Positions 37,522 through 49,399 of a stretch of 64,000 bases of DNA are shown here, piece after piece (position 1 is the stretch's first letter; each line of letters begins with the position of its first letter). The stretch comes from Eledone cirrhosa (taxonomy: Eukaryota): the NCBI GenBank assembly GCA_964016885.1, contig OZ024752.1:44082001-44146000 (forward strand). The letters are read 5' to 3'. The position numbers and the translations under genes were made by a program. The notes below the pieces were generated by a model, which searched no databases, had not been told where the DNA came from, and saw nothing but the letters and a program-made list of their open reading frames with translations.

Positions 37522-40500
37522 ATGGTAAGCTTGCTTTTCTTTTTGAATCTGTGGCGATCGTAGTTTTTTAAAGTATTTTTTTTGTCTATTTATGTTAGGT
37601 TTAATTAATTAACAGTTTAACTTTTCAATAATCGAGATTTTACATTAAAAGGATGATAATTAGCTATACCTTTTACGTTTATTTCTCATTTTTGTACCAC
37701 TCGTCGCCATTTTAGTGTTATGCATGTGTTGTATATGTTTAAATATTCTTCATAATTGTACACAGTCTTTGATAAAGTCGGTGAAAAGCGACATAATTAA
37801 GATATTAAATGATCTAGTTGTGTTTACTATACAGTGGAAACATCTGCCAACTTAAATTAGAAAGTATGGAAGCGGCTTTTTAAATTATTTAAACTTGTTT
37901 CGAAATAAGTAAAAATAATTTTAAAAGCACGTGTTAGATCGTCAAAATTAATAGTTTATTGTAAGTTTATTATTCTACAAGACCTGGCTATACAGTATAT
38001 AAAATCAGTTTATTATCAGATCATCTTTGGTGGTACTCCAAGATTTGGCAGTGATCAGCTTTTATTTTCTGGTGTTTTACAGTAAATAATTTGTTAGGGT
38101 TAAATAAATCTGGAATATCACAGATATAGAACTTCTCTACTGATTTCACTATTACACCGATCGAAACATTTCTAAACTACACAACAAATAGTGGGATCTT
38201 TATTATACGAATAGGTTACAGAGCATAGACTGGGAGTCTATTTTACAGGGACCGGCTACATAGCCTCTTCCTTTATTATAATGAATGCTTTTCTCCCATT
38301 GTAGAATTTTCTGTGAAACATTTTCTAGCTCCTGACTTTTCAACTTTTACATTTTAAAACTTCCTTATTTGAGGGTATATACACTCAAGTAAGTGTGTAT
38401 AATGTATATACACACTTTGATTACCTGTACAGGTAAATATATTAGAATGCTGTTGAGGTGTGGATACATTTTTGGGAACTGTGTGTATATATATATGTAC
38501 ATTATAATATTGGAAGTTCGATTTGCAGCCTTTTAAAATGTGTTTCTATATCGATCAGGCGATCGGATCCGGACTCTTAATCGACAATTGTAAAAAGGTG
38601 TCGGGATCCGATCACTTAATCAAACCAGAGCTGATCGATATAGAAACAGTTGTAATATCGCCATAAAAGAGATGTTACGTGTTATTGGCTTCATTTGATC
38701 TTTTTTCCATCTAAGTTGTCTACTTAAAACGAAAGAAGGCCATTTTATGAACCTTTCAAAAGATGATGTCCATATTTGGGGGGAGTTTAATATAAGATGT
38801 AAACCTTAACTAATTTCGGGGTCTTTCTATCCCTTCAACTCCTCCATTTCAGGCTGAGAGTGCAGCTACTATCCGCACCAGGAAATTCTTAACAAACCGT
38901 TTATTGTGCAGAAAACAGATGGTGAGTAGAATTATTTCACTTTGGTGGATTGGCAGAATCGGTAGAGCGTCGAACATATAGAGTTACGGCCCTTTGCGTT
39001 CTGAATTCAAATTCCGCCGAGGTTTTAAAGTACCTGTAATGCATTGGTGTCGATTAAGTCGACTTCCCCTCCCTTGTGTCTATATAAGAAATCGTCATTA
39101 CAAACCGAGTCGGTAGAGCGTCGGACGTTTTACACAGTTACTGCCCTTGTTCTGAGTTCGATTCCCACCGATTGACGTCCAGTTTCCCTCACTGTCGTAG
39201 GTCTATACTACATGAGCTGGATGATGAATTAATACAGATACTTCCTACATGATTCCCATGTGGCAATACATTGAGTCACTCCAGGTACAGCTGATACTAT
39301 GGGCATGTGGTTCTTCTGGAAACAAGGGGGCCTCAGGAATAAGTGGGTGAAGAAGTAATACATTGTTGACTTAAGGGTCCGCTGTCTTGGTTGTATTGTA
39401 CATTTGGGAATTCTTTCCAATCAATTTCTCGAGTGTTTATTTAACATTGGATGTTCTCCTTCACATCTCTCACCTGTAAGATGCTATATTTACACCACAG
39501 TATGTCTTCGTGACATACTGTGGTATTAATATTACAATAGCTACATTAAACTACTTCATCTAATCGAACCCCTTGGAATATTTGTCCTAGTGGTTTCGCA
39601 ACTGTTGTGACATTATTACTAATATATATATATATATATGTGTGTGTATATATATATATATATAGGGTTGTTGGCTTTGTAATAGCTGTGTTTTAGTTAC
39701 TTTGGTGGCACTACAACGGAATTGGCTGTCAGAAGTGAAAGTAGAAGAATGTGACGTCAATCGTCAACCTTCGTTTATTTCCGTATCACCACCACCACCA
39801 CCATGTGTAAATAAATAGTTTAGCGTAATCGATTTGTTTCCATTCCGAAGCAGTAACGCTTCGAATATTTCAATAAATATTAACGAGTTACTTATGAATT
39901 TCTAAGAGATACACTTATTAAAAATACTTTCATTGCATAGTTCCGTTCGTAAAGGCTTTAATTTACTGTACTACTTGGGAACCTTTTAATAACATACAGG
40001 ATTAAGAAAATAAATTCAACATCTCTAGTTTAATAATTATAACTGCTTCTCGTATTGATGTCCAATGAGTACCAAATAACCACGTAATTTTTCAGAGTTA
40101 TGGATGGTACAATTAAAACAAAACGATAATATACAATCTTATTTAACATGTGAATTAAAAACCACACTATCTGTTACAATTGTAATTAACGTGTAAGCAA
40201 AAGCTTAGATATTAACTTACCCAAGGAAATAACAATAAAGCATATCGATGTAAGTGGAGTTAACTTTCGCCAATCTGCTACAGCTACATTCACGATACGA
40301 GATTTCTGTGAAATCCCCATGGCTAAATCTTCTTTTGCCCCAAAATACAATATGTCAATTATTTGTTCACACTTCAATTTACTATTTTCTAGAAATGTGC
40401 CTTTTCTAACACATAGTAGCGGTAGGGCTGGAAATATCACGATGATTAATTCCATTTACGCTGGAGTGTAATGTATGTTTCCTCTGGAAACAAGGAGCCT

Positions 40501-43500
40501 CTCAGGAATAAGTGGGTGAAGAAGTAATACATTGTTGACTTAAGGGTCCGCTGTCTTAGTTGTATTGTACATTTGGGAAATATTGGTCCTCTTCTTTCCA
40601 ATCAATTTCTCGAGTGTTTAACATTGAATGTTCTCCTTCACATCTCTCACCTGTAAGATGCTATATTTACACCACAGTATGTCTTAGTGACATACTGTGG
40701 TATTAATATTACAATAGCTACATTAAACTACTTCATCTAATCGAACCCCTTGGAATATTTGTCCTAGTGGTTTCGCAACTGTTGTGACATTATTACTAAT
40801 ATATATGTGTGTGTGTGTATATATATTGGGTTGTTGGCTTTGTAATAGCTGTGTTTTAGTTACTTTGGTAATGGAAGGGTTGACTTAACAGCAGAAAAAT
40901 ATCTAGAAAGGGACTTAAGTCAAATGTTTACAGTATTGTTAGTATTAGGCCATTGTAAAACTTTAAAGTTTTAAGGGCTAATATTAAACGTGATACAGGC
41001 ATTGTGCTGTTTTGATGTAGCTTCATATTGTATTCATTCATTTCATTTTATGTCCACTTTCCCTGCTTGCAAGGGTGGGACAGGAACTGATTCTGGCTTG
41101 ATTTCTACAGCTGGATGCCCTTCCTAACATCAACCTCATTTACAATGAGTGCTGGGTGCTTTTTTCCGTGGCACCTCCACGACCACTTTGCAGTGGAATG
41201 ATAGGGACCTCATTCCCTATCATCTCATTTCTACAGCTGAGTAAACTGGAGCAATGTGAAATAAAGTGTCTTGCTCAAGGAAACAACACATCACCCGGTC
41301 TGAGAATTGAACTCACAACCTTTCGATTGCAAGGCCAATGCTCTAACCACTAACCCATGTGCCTCCATATATAGCACTTAATGTATTGCTTGTAGTACTC
41401 AATATAACTTTGTGGAGAAATAAGTTTAATTCTACTGTTAGAACAGTAGACTTCTCTTTCTAGCAAGTTTAGAAGCTATCTCCATGGCTTTTTTCCTGTT
41501 TAGCCTCTTCCCTTGTCTTCTCAATTATTGAAGGCACTCATATACTATTGTAGTACTCTCACTTTATAAAATCATATGCTTTGTGTGTTTGGAATTCTTA
41601 AACAATGCTATTTCACCCCACATTGCCTTCCTATCGGATATAATGTGGACTTATATCTAAAATAGCTACATTAATTACTTCAAAAATCGAGCTACTTTTG
41701 ATATATTCTTGAGTGGTTCCGAGAATGTTGTGACAGCTTAAGTGTGTTCACTTGGTTTTTATCGATGTTTCTTAACTCTTTTAGTTATCACAAGGATTGT
41801 TTAGTTGTAGTTCTCATGTTTAATATATACCTGTACATGTCTGAGGAAAGTTTCACACTTTTAGGAATTTATCTCTCTACACCGTCATTTATATAAAATA
41901 ATTGGTCAGTGTTCTCCCTGTTCTATGTATGGTCTGCTGGTGTCCTTGTTCCCTTTCAATATCAAATTGCTTGGGTTTATACAGTACTAAGTTGATATCT
42001 AAATTATCAGATTTAATACTAATGAGGTTTGGGGAGGGTTCTTTTTCAATTTACCCAATTTTATGGGACTTCATAGTACACTAGTATGTATTAGTACAAA
42101 TTAGTAGTGAAGAAATCTGACACTATCATAACTGGTGGTTGTAATAGTTACATTGCATGGTTATTTGTGAATCCCTTTTATTTCCAGTCAATTTCTTCTT
42201 TTTATTTGTAACTTGGGAAGGTGACTTTCTTTTATCTGACTTTTTCAAATTTAATGAGTTCTAGCTTTGGAAAACAATTTGAATACCTTGAAACCAACTT
42301 GGCCCTCACCTGTAAGATGCTATATTTACACCACGGTATGTCTTCGTGACATACTGTGGCATTAATATTACAATAGCTACATTAAACTACTTCATCTAAT
42401 CGAACCACTTGGAATATTTGTCCTAGTGGTTTCGCAACTGTTGTGACATTATTACTAATATATATATATATATATATCAAATTGTGTTGTTGGCTTTGTA
42501 ACGGTCTGTGATGATTGAGTTGAAAATATCAATCGGTTTGCTGTTTCGTACTTTGCAACACTCTTGTTAACGCAGTTTCATGTTGTGTAGAAATTTGAGC
42601 TTATGTACTACATTACCTGTTTGCTGGTACGATTCAATAGTTGTGGGGACATAAGTTATACTAACGCAAGATCAAATGTGTCATTTTTACAACAGTGCTG
42701 TCTTATGGCTTCTATCAAATTTAGTGACATCACTGTCAGTGGCTTGTTCCTACTAAACTGATTAGCTTCTTGTATGTGTGTTTGGAATTATTCTTATACA
42801 TCTGTTGATGCTATTTCACCCCACATTGCCTTCCTATCGGATATAATGTGGACTTATATCTAAAATAGCTACATTAATTACTTCAAAAATCGAGCTACTT
42901 TTGATATATTCTTGAGTGGTTCCGAGAATGTTGTGACAGCTTAAGTGTGTTCACTTGGTTTTTATCGATGTTTCTTAACTCTTTTAGTTATCACAAGGAT
43001 TGTTTAGTTGTAGTTCTCATGTTTAATATATACCTGTACATGTCTGAGGAAAGTTTCACACTTTTAGGAATTTATATCTCTCTACACCGTCATTTATATA
43101 AAATAATTGGTCAGTGTTCTCCTTGTTCTATGTATGGTCTGCTGGTGTCCTTGTTCCCTTTCAATATCAAATTGCTTGGGTTTATACAGTACTAAGTTGA
43201 TATCTAATGAGGTTTGGGGAGGGTTTTTTTTTTTCAATTTACCCAATTTTATGGGACTTCATAGTACACTAGTATGTATTAGTACAAATTAGTAGTGAAG
43301 AAATCTGACACTATCATAACTGGTGGTTGTAATAGTTACATTGCATGGTTATTTGTGAATCCCTTTTATTTCCAGTCAATTCCTTCTTTTTATTTGTAAC
43401 TTGGGAAGGTGACTTTCTTTTATCTGACTTTTTCAAATTTAATGAGTTCTAGCTTTGGAAAGCAATTTGAATACCTTGAAACCAACTTGGCCCTCACCTG

Positions 43501-46500
43501 TAAGATGCTATATTTACACCACAGTATGTCTTCGTGACATACTGTGGCATTAATATTACAATAGCTACATTAAACTACTTCATCTAATCGAACCACTTGG
43601 AATATTTGTCCTAGTGGTTTCGCAACTGTTGTGACATTATTACTAATATATATATATATATATCAAATTGTGTTGTTGGCTTTGTAACTGTCTGTGATGA
43701 TTGAGTTGAAAATATCAATCGGTTTGCTGTTTCGTACTTTGCAACACTCTTGTTAACGCAGTTTCATGTTGTGTAGAAATTTGAGCTTATGTACTACATT
43801 ACCTGTTTGCTGGTACGATTCAATAGTTGTGGGGACATAAGTTATACTAACGCAAGATCAAATGTGTCATTTTTACAACAGTGCTGTCTTATGGCTTCTA
43901 TCAAATTTAGTGACATCACTGTCAGTGGCTTGTTCCTACTAAACTGATTAGCTTCTTGTATGTGTGTTTGGAATTATTCTTATACATCTGTTGATGCTAT
44001 TTCACCCCACATTGCCTTCCTATAGGATATAATGTGGACTTATATCTAAATAGCTACATTAATTACTTCAAAAATCGAGCTACTTTTGATATATTCTTGA
44101 GTGGTTCCGAGAATGTTGTGACAGCTTAGGTGTGTTCACTTGGTTTTTATCGATGTTTCTTAACTCTTTTAGTTATCACAAGGATTGTTTAGTTGTAGTT
44201 CTCATGTTTAATATATACCTGTACATGTCTGAAGAAAGTTTCACACTTTTAGGAATTTATATCTCTCTACACCGTCATTTATATAAAATAATTGGTCAGT
44301 GTTCTCCCTGTTCTATGTATGGCCTGCTGGTGTCCTTGTTCCCTTTCAATATCAAATTGCTTGGGTTTATACAGTACTAAGTTGATATCTAAATTATCAG
44401 ATTTAATACTAATGAGGTTTGGGGAGGGTTCTTTTTCAATTTACCCAATTTTATGGGACTTCATAGTACACTAGTATGTATTAGTACAAATTAGTAGTGA
44501 AGAAATCTGACACTATCATAACTGGTGGTTGTAATAGTTACATTGCATGGTTATTTGTGAATCCCTTTTATTTCCAGTCAATTCCTTCTTTTTATTTGTA
44601 ACTTGGGAAGGTGACTTTCTTTTATCTGACTTTTTCAAATTTAATGAGTTCTAGCTTTGGAAAGCAATTTGAATACCTTGAAACCAACTTGGCCCTCACC
44701 TGTAAGATGCTATATTTACACCACGGTATGTCTTCGTGACATACTGTGGCATTAATATTACAATAGCTACATTAAACTACTTCATCTAATCGAACCACTT
44801 GGAATATTTGTCCTAGTGGTTTCGCAACTGTTGTGACATTATTACTAATATATATATATATATATATCAAATTGCGTTGTTGGCTTTGTAACGGTCTGTG
44901 ATGATTGAGTTGAAAATATCAATCGGTTTGCTGTTTCGTACTTTGCAACACTCTTGTTAACGCAGTTTCATGTTGTGTAGAAATTTGAGCTTATGTACTA
45001 CATTACCTGTTTGCTGGTACGATTCAATAGTTGTGGGGACATAAGTTATACTAACGCAAGATCAAATGTGTCATTTTTACAACAGTGCTGTCTTATGGCT
45101 TCTATCAAATTTAGTGACATCACTGTCAGTGGCTTGTTCCTACTAAACTGATTAGCTTCTTGTATGTGTGTTTGGAATTATTCTTATACATCTGTTGATG
45201 CTATTTCACCCCACATTGCCTTCCTATAGGATATAATGTGGACTTATATCTAAAATAGCTACATTAATTACTTCAAAAATCGAGCTACTTTTGATATATT
45301 CTTGAGTGGTTCCGAGAATGTTGTGACAACTTTAGGTGTGTCCACTTTTAGTTATGACAAGGATTTGTCATCATTTCACGTCCATTTTTTTCAGCGTTTG
45401 CATGGGTTGGATGGCATTGTTTTTACAAATGACTTGACCTAAATCCATGGCAAACTCTGCTAAAGATGTGTTTCAAAGATGGTTTCTATCTAGCGAATTC
45501 CAGTTATAGCACTTTGGTTGACCCAGGACTGCTATAGATTAATACTTCACTTTGATATTAAATCCAAAACCAAACAGGTTTGTGTATAATTGTGGTCATT
45601 CCAGTTTGTCAAATATTTATTTATAAACCAGAAAATCGAAATTTCGTTGATCCCCTGTTCTGACAGATGCTATGTTTACACCACAGTATGTCTTAATGAC
45701 ATACTGTGGTATTAATATTACAATAGCTACATTAAACTACTTCATCTAATCGAACCCCTTGGAATATTTGTCCTAGTGGTTTCGCAACTGTTGTGACATT
45801 ATTGTTGTTTTACATCTCCTTTCCCACTAATTCTTAATGTCTTCTTCTACATAAAACATTGAAAATTTGTTTACAATTAAATATATTATAAACATTTGAA
45901 TTAACAATCAAACCATCTCTGATAGTTAATGAAAATATCTGGCAAAGTAGGACTTGAGCTAGTCACTTGTTTAGTCCCCAGGTAATTGAAGATGGTGTCA
46001 TACCCAGTGATTGGTGTAACATTGGCATTAAACTGGTGCATCAAGTTATCAGCATAACTGATTAGGAATAAAAATTATATTAGAAAAAATGCAGTTTGTG
46101 GCAGCATGTACCTGTGGTACCTGTCTCTTAGTGAGATAACTGCAGAAGTCTGTAAGAACAAGCCACTATATCTGTTAAGAAATCTAGATGTTTTGGGAGC
46201 AAGTTGGTGTCCACCACTCTTATTGTAGAAATATAAAGTTGTATGGAGAGAAACAAATCAGGCATTGTTTGTTGGACGTAACATTGATGTATATAAACCA
46301 GTTGAGATAAAAGCAATGAGATGTGCCGAGAGCTGCACTGGTACAGACATGTAATGGTCTGTGGATAATGATTGGTAAAATAGACAGAGAATGGTATTGG
46401 TTTTAACTATGACTGGTCTAACAGGATTTGGTTGGTTATAAGTCGTTTTATTCTAGTCTGCATTATTTTTTATTGATACCATCTTGAGATGCTAATGAAT

Positions 46501-48833
46501 GACATTTTCTTTTAGGTTGTAGATGTCATACATCCTGGACGAGCTACTGTTCCTAAGACAGAGATACGTGAAAAATTAGCATCTAAGTACAAAACTACCC
46601 CAGATCTGATTTTCTGCTTTGGATTCCGAACACAATTTGGTGGTGGAAGAAGTACGGGATTTGCTATGATATACGACACATTAGATTTTGCAAAGAAATT
46701 TGAGCCTAAACACAGATTAGCAAGGGTAAGTGGGTATTTTGTTTTTCTCTAAATTTTAAATACTTCATTATATATGTATTATTTTCATTTAAGATAACTT
46801 TTCAAGTATAGTTATTGGCAGTTTACTCAATACTGGATTATATTAAAAAAACACATTGTTATGAAAATATTTAATGAACAACATGGTCTTTTCTTTTAGC
46901 ATGGTCTCTATGAGAAGGGAAAGATAAGCAGAAAACAGCGTAAAGAAAGAAAGAATAGACAAAAGAAAGTACGAGGTGTGGCTAAGACCAAAATTGGTGC
47001 TGGCAAGAAGGTGAGTTTTACCAAGATATTGTTTCTGTTATGTAACTTAATGATCATCAATACTTTTTCTATTTAGTGTTGTACATAATACTGTATTTTG
47101 GTCATTTTACTTCATGAAATATTTTGTTTCATTTTTAGAAAAAATAAGATTCTACTATTTCTATATCTGGTAAGATGGTTATATCTTTGTTTGGTGACCA
47201 CCAGTGTTTCTTTGATGTTGTCTTTCACTTTTCAATGTTTTCACATCTAAATTACTCATAAATAACCTCCCAGCACCAGGCTACTTTTCTAGCATAGATT
47301 TTTTTTTTCTTTTACAAATTAAACCTTTTCATGTCTGTTCAGTTTATATCCTACACTAATGAAGAATTGCATCGACAATATGCTGTCTATATTGTTAGAT
47401 CAATTCTTTTTGCAGCTTTGTTGGAAACTCTTTTTATTGCTAAACCCTTTGGCCATAAATTGGAAGGGCTTGGGTTGAAGCACCCTTGCCCAGAGACACA
47501 AGCATTGGCTGTATGTGATGGGGTTCATGACTAGTCAGTGCTCCTACACCTGTATCTTTGAGATCCATGAGTACACTATCAGAGGTTCATGAATTGTATA
47601 AAACTGATTTATAGTCTTCAGAGATTTCTTTGTTTATTTTTCTACAGGCATGAAAAGGTTTGACTTGTTGTATGTTTCTCTTTCTGCGTGTTACATGCAG
47701 AATATGGCTGTTGCACTTTTTGTCATTAGACCTTGATGTTCTTCATAAACAGTTCTTGTTATGAAGAGCTGAGGTTTGATGAGTCTAAGGTGATCTAAAC
47801 CAGACCAAATAATGTTTTGTGTATGTGAATATATATATATATATATATACACACACTATATATCATGATTTGTTTGAATACTTCAGTAAAAGGTGTATTT
47901 AATGGTCAATGTCCAAATGCCATATTCTGTATGTAGCTCAACATTTAACTCACAGAGAGTATGTGACAGATATTGTAGACTATAGAAATGGCTCTACTTT
48001 ATGATCACCTGCTCTCATATATATTGTTTTTGTTTGGAGTGATAACTAATCTGTTGTTTGTTTACACAATTTTATCATAGAATATTTATATTTTGTGATA
48101 AAACCAAAATTCTGTTTGGGTGTTTTTTAAACTTTAATATACTCAGCCTATAATTAATTAATGTGGAGATGGGGGCTGGTATTCCTTAATGTTAAAACTG
48201 TTGGCTCACATTTAACCCTTCCCCTATCTCACATTTGAGATGGTGGAGGGGTTAAATTATCTGCTATTTAACAGCAAACTAAACTAACATGACGTTTAGG
48301 GGTTCTTATCAGAATACAATATTTTAAGTGTGTTGATAATTTAACTCTTCACATCCTGGCACTAAATGAGCAAATAAGTTTTTAATACTACAAATTTTCA
48401 AAACAATCTGTCCACTAATAAAAAAAATAAGCATTTGAATTAATAACCTAGTTTTAAATATTTTTTGCTAAATCATTAAAGGATGTTAAAAATACATCAA
48501 TAATTTTATAATTTTATGGCGTTACAGTATTGTTCTCCAACTAAATAATATCAACATCTTGTTGATTTGATATTATGTGAGATAAAGCCTTCATTGTGAA
48601 ATGTAAATGCTAAAGAGTTAAAGATATTAATTGTAATATTTTCATTAGTATAGCATGCTATTGGTTGGTGTTTTGAAAGTGTGTCTTTTATATATTTATA
48701 ACATTTTACTACTGAGATCATTACTGATTATATCTTTATTTCCTAATCAGTGCTACTTTTAACTGACACTATTTTATTGTTTAAACTATATTGTTCCTAC
48801 TTAAGATTTGTTTTCTTTTTTTCTTTCTAGTGA
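37522..48833 (+). CDS. RPS24: 40S ribosomal protein S24 (eS24), 131-133 aa depending on 3' splicing
   Basis: Exons 37522-37524 (ATG only), 38853-38921 ([23 protein letters not shown]), 46516-46725 ([14 protein letters not shown]...[35 protein letters not shown]), 46900-47010 (HGLYEK...[13 protein letters not shown]...GAGKK). These are followed by cassette 47139-47169 (KK-stop) and/or a terminal exon starting with TGA at 48831. AATAAA at 48879. Confidence 0.97.
38541..38648. repeat. 108-bp fold-back (MITE-like) element in RPS24 intron 1
   Basis: Perfect 18-bp terminal inverted repeat TGTTTCTATATCGATCAG/CTGATCGATATAGAAACA, plus inner GATCGGATCC/GGATCCGATC. Confidence 0.8.
39481..39615 (+). ncRNA. 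Candidate box H/ACA snoRNA, type A copy 1
   Basis: Hairpin (GCTAT/ATAGC base; ACCACAGTATGTC/GACATACTGTGGT upper stem), H box ACATTA, second hairpin, then ACA+3 nt. About 135 nt, sense in a ribosomal-protein intron. Confidence 0.78.
40658..40792 (+). ncRNA. Candidate H/ACA snoRNA, type A copy 2
   Basis: As copy 1; differs in the hairpin-1 loop (TTAGT). Confidence 0.78.
41031..41366 (-). mobile_element. SINE family 2
   Basis: Near-identical to 30440-30782. Confidence 0.87.
41605..41738 (+). ncRNA. Candidate H/ACA snoRNA, type B copy 1
   Basis: GCTATTT/AAATAGC base, CCACATT/AATGTGG upper stem, H box ACATTA, second hairpin GAGCTACT/AGTGGTTC, ACA+3. Confidence 0.75.
42317..42451 (+). ncRNA. Candidate H/ACA snoRNA, type A copy 3
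   Basis: An A>G change in the hairpin-1 stem keeps pairing as G-U; a C>A change perfects the hairpin-2 upper stem. Confidence 0.78.
42808..42941 (+). ncRNA. Candidate H/ACA snoRNA, type B copy 2
   Basis: Matches B1. Confidence 0.75.
43505..43639 (+). ncRNA. Candidate H/ACA snoRNA, type A copy 4
   Basis: As the other A copies. Confidence 0.78.
43994..44126 (+). ncRNA. Candidate H/ACA snoRNA, type B copy 3
   Basis: As B1, with a loop change and a 1-nt deletion in an A run. Confidence 0.73.
44707..44841 (+). ncRNA. Candidate H/ACA snoRNA, type A copy 5
   Basis: As A3. Confidence 0.78.
45198..45331 (+). ncRNA. Candidate H/ACA snoRNA, type B copy 4
   Basis: As B1. Similarity to the other units falls off just after the ACA. 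Confidence 0.75.
45667..45801 (+). ncRNA. Candidate H/ACA snoRNA, type A copy 6
   Basis: Near-identical to A1 but in unrelated flanks, which defines the conserved RNA boundaries. Confidence 0.8.
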
Positions 48834-49399
48834 GGAGAAGAATGATCCCAACCATCTGTTTATCTAGTTTTACTTTGGAATAAAATTGTTCCTGGTATCT
48901 GCATTTTTTCTCAATTTATTCCATTATTAGTATTTATCGTTTTTCTATTTCCATTAATGGACTAAGATTAACTGAATTGTTTACAATAGCACTGTTATCA
49001 AAGTTAGGGTTGACAGTGAGGTATTTAATGTATAGGCACTTAGTGGAATGTGAAATCTAGTGAGGCAGAGATCCCTGGCTTATTTGGGTGGTCAGTGGCT
49101 ATGTAGGTACAACAGAACATACTACCAAACGTGTATCACAAAAGTGATTCTGTTTAGTGTGAAAATAATATCGGATAAAAATAAGGTGTTATAGGATATT
49201 GACTGGAAAAGAGGCTAAAAGGCGATTTCATGGTTCAAAGGCAAATATTTAGTTAAAAACAAAATTAGCTGCAATGTCAATAGTGTCAAGCTGTATCGAC
49301 CTTTCTCTCTCCCTTGGACAACATCGGTGGTGTGCATGTTTATGAAGATGTGGCAAGCTGCATATATTCTAGCCATTAGGAAAAGCGAAATGAATGCTT

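Larger units (their letters stand above)
41580..45340 (+). repeat. About 1.2-kb tandem duplication (about 3.1 units) carrying type A and B snoRNA candidates
   Basis: Type-B starts at 41605/42808/43994/45198 and type-A starts at 42317/43505/44707. Units are near-identical. Confidence 0.93.

Noticed and set aside
39310-39406. Duplicated segment ending GTACATTT (second copy near 40480-40575) as another H/ACA RNA
   Set aside because: Has an ACA end and a weak hairpin, but no properly placed ANANNA H box or convincing first hairpin. The duplication is explained by co-copying with A1/A2.
39493-39524. Perfect 13-bp hairpin as a pre-miRNA
   Set aside because: The stem is too short, and it is better explained as the upper stem of an H/ACA 5' hairpin.
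42947-44474. Repeated 60-82 aa ORFs in RPS24 intron 2
   Set aside because: Non-ATG starts, no recognisable domain, and repeated only because of the 1.2-kb tandem duplication.
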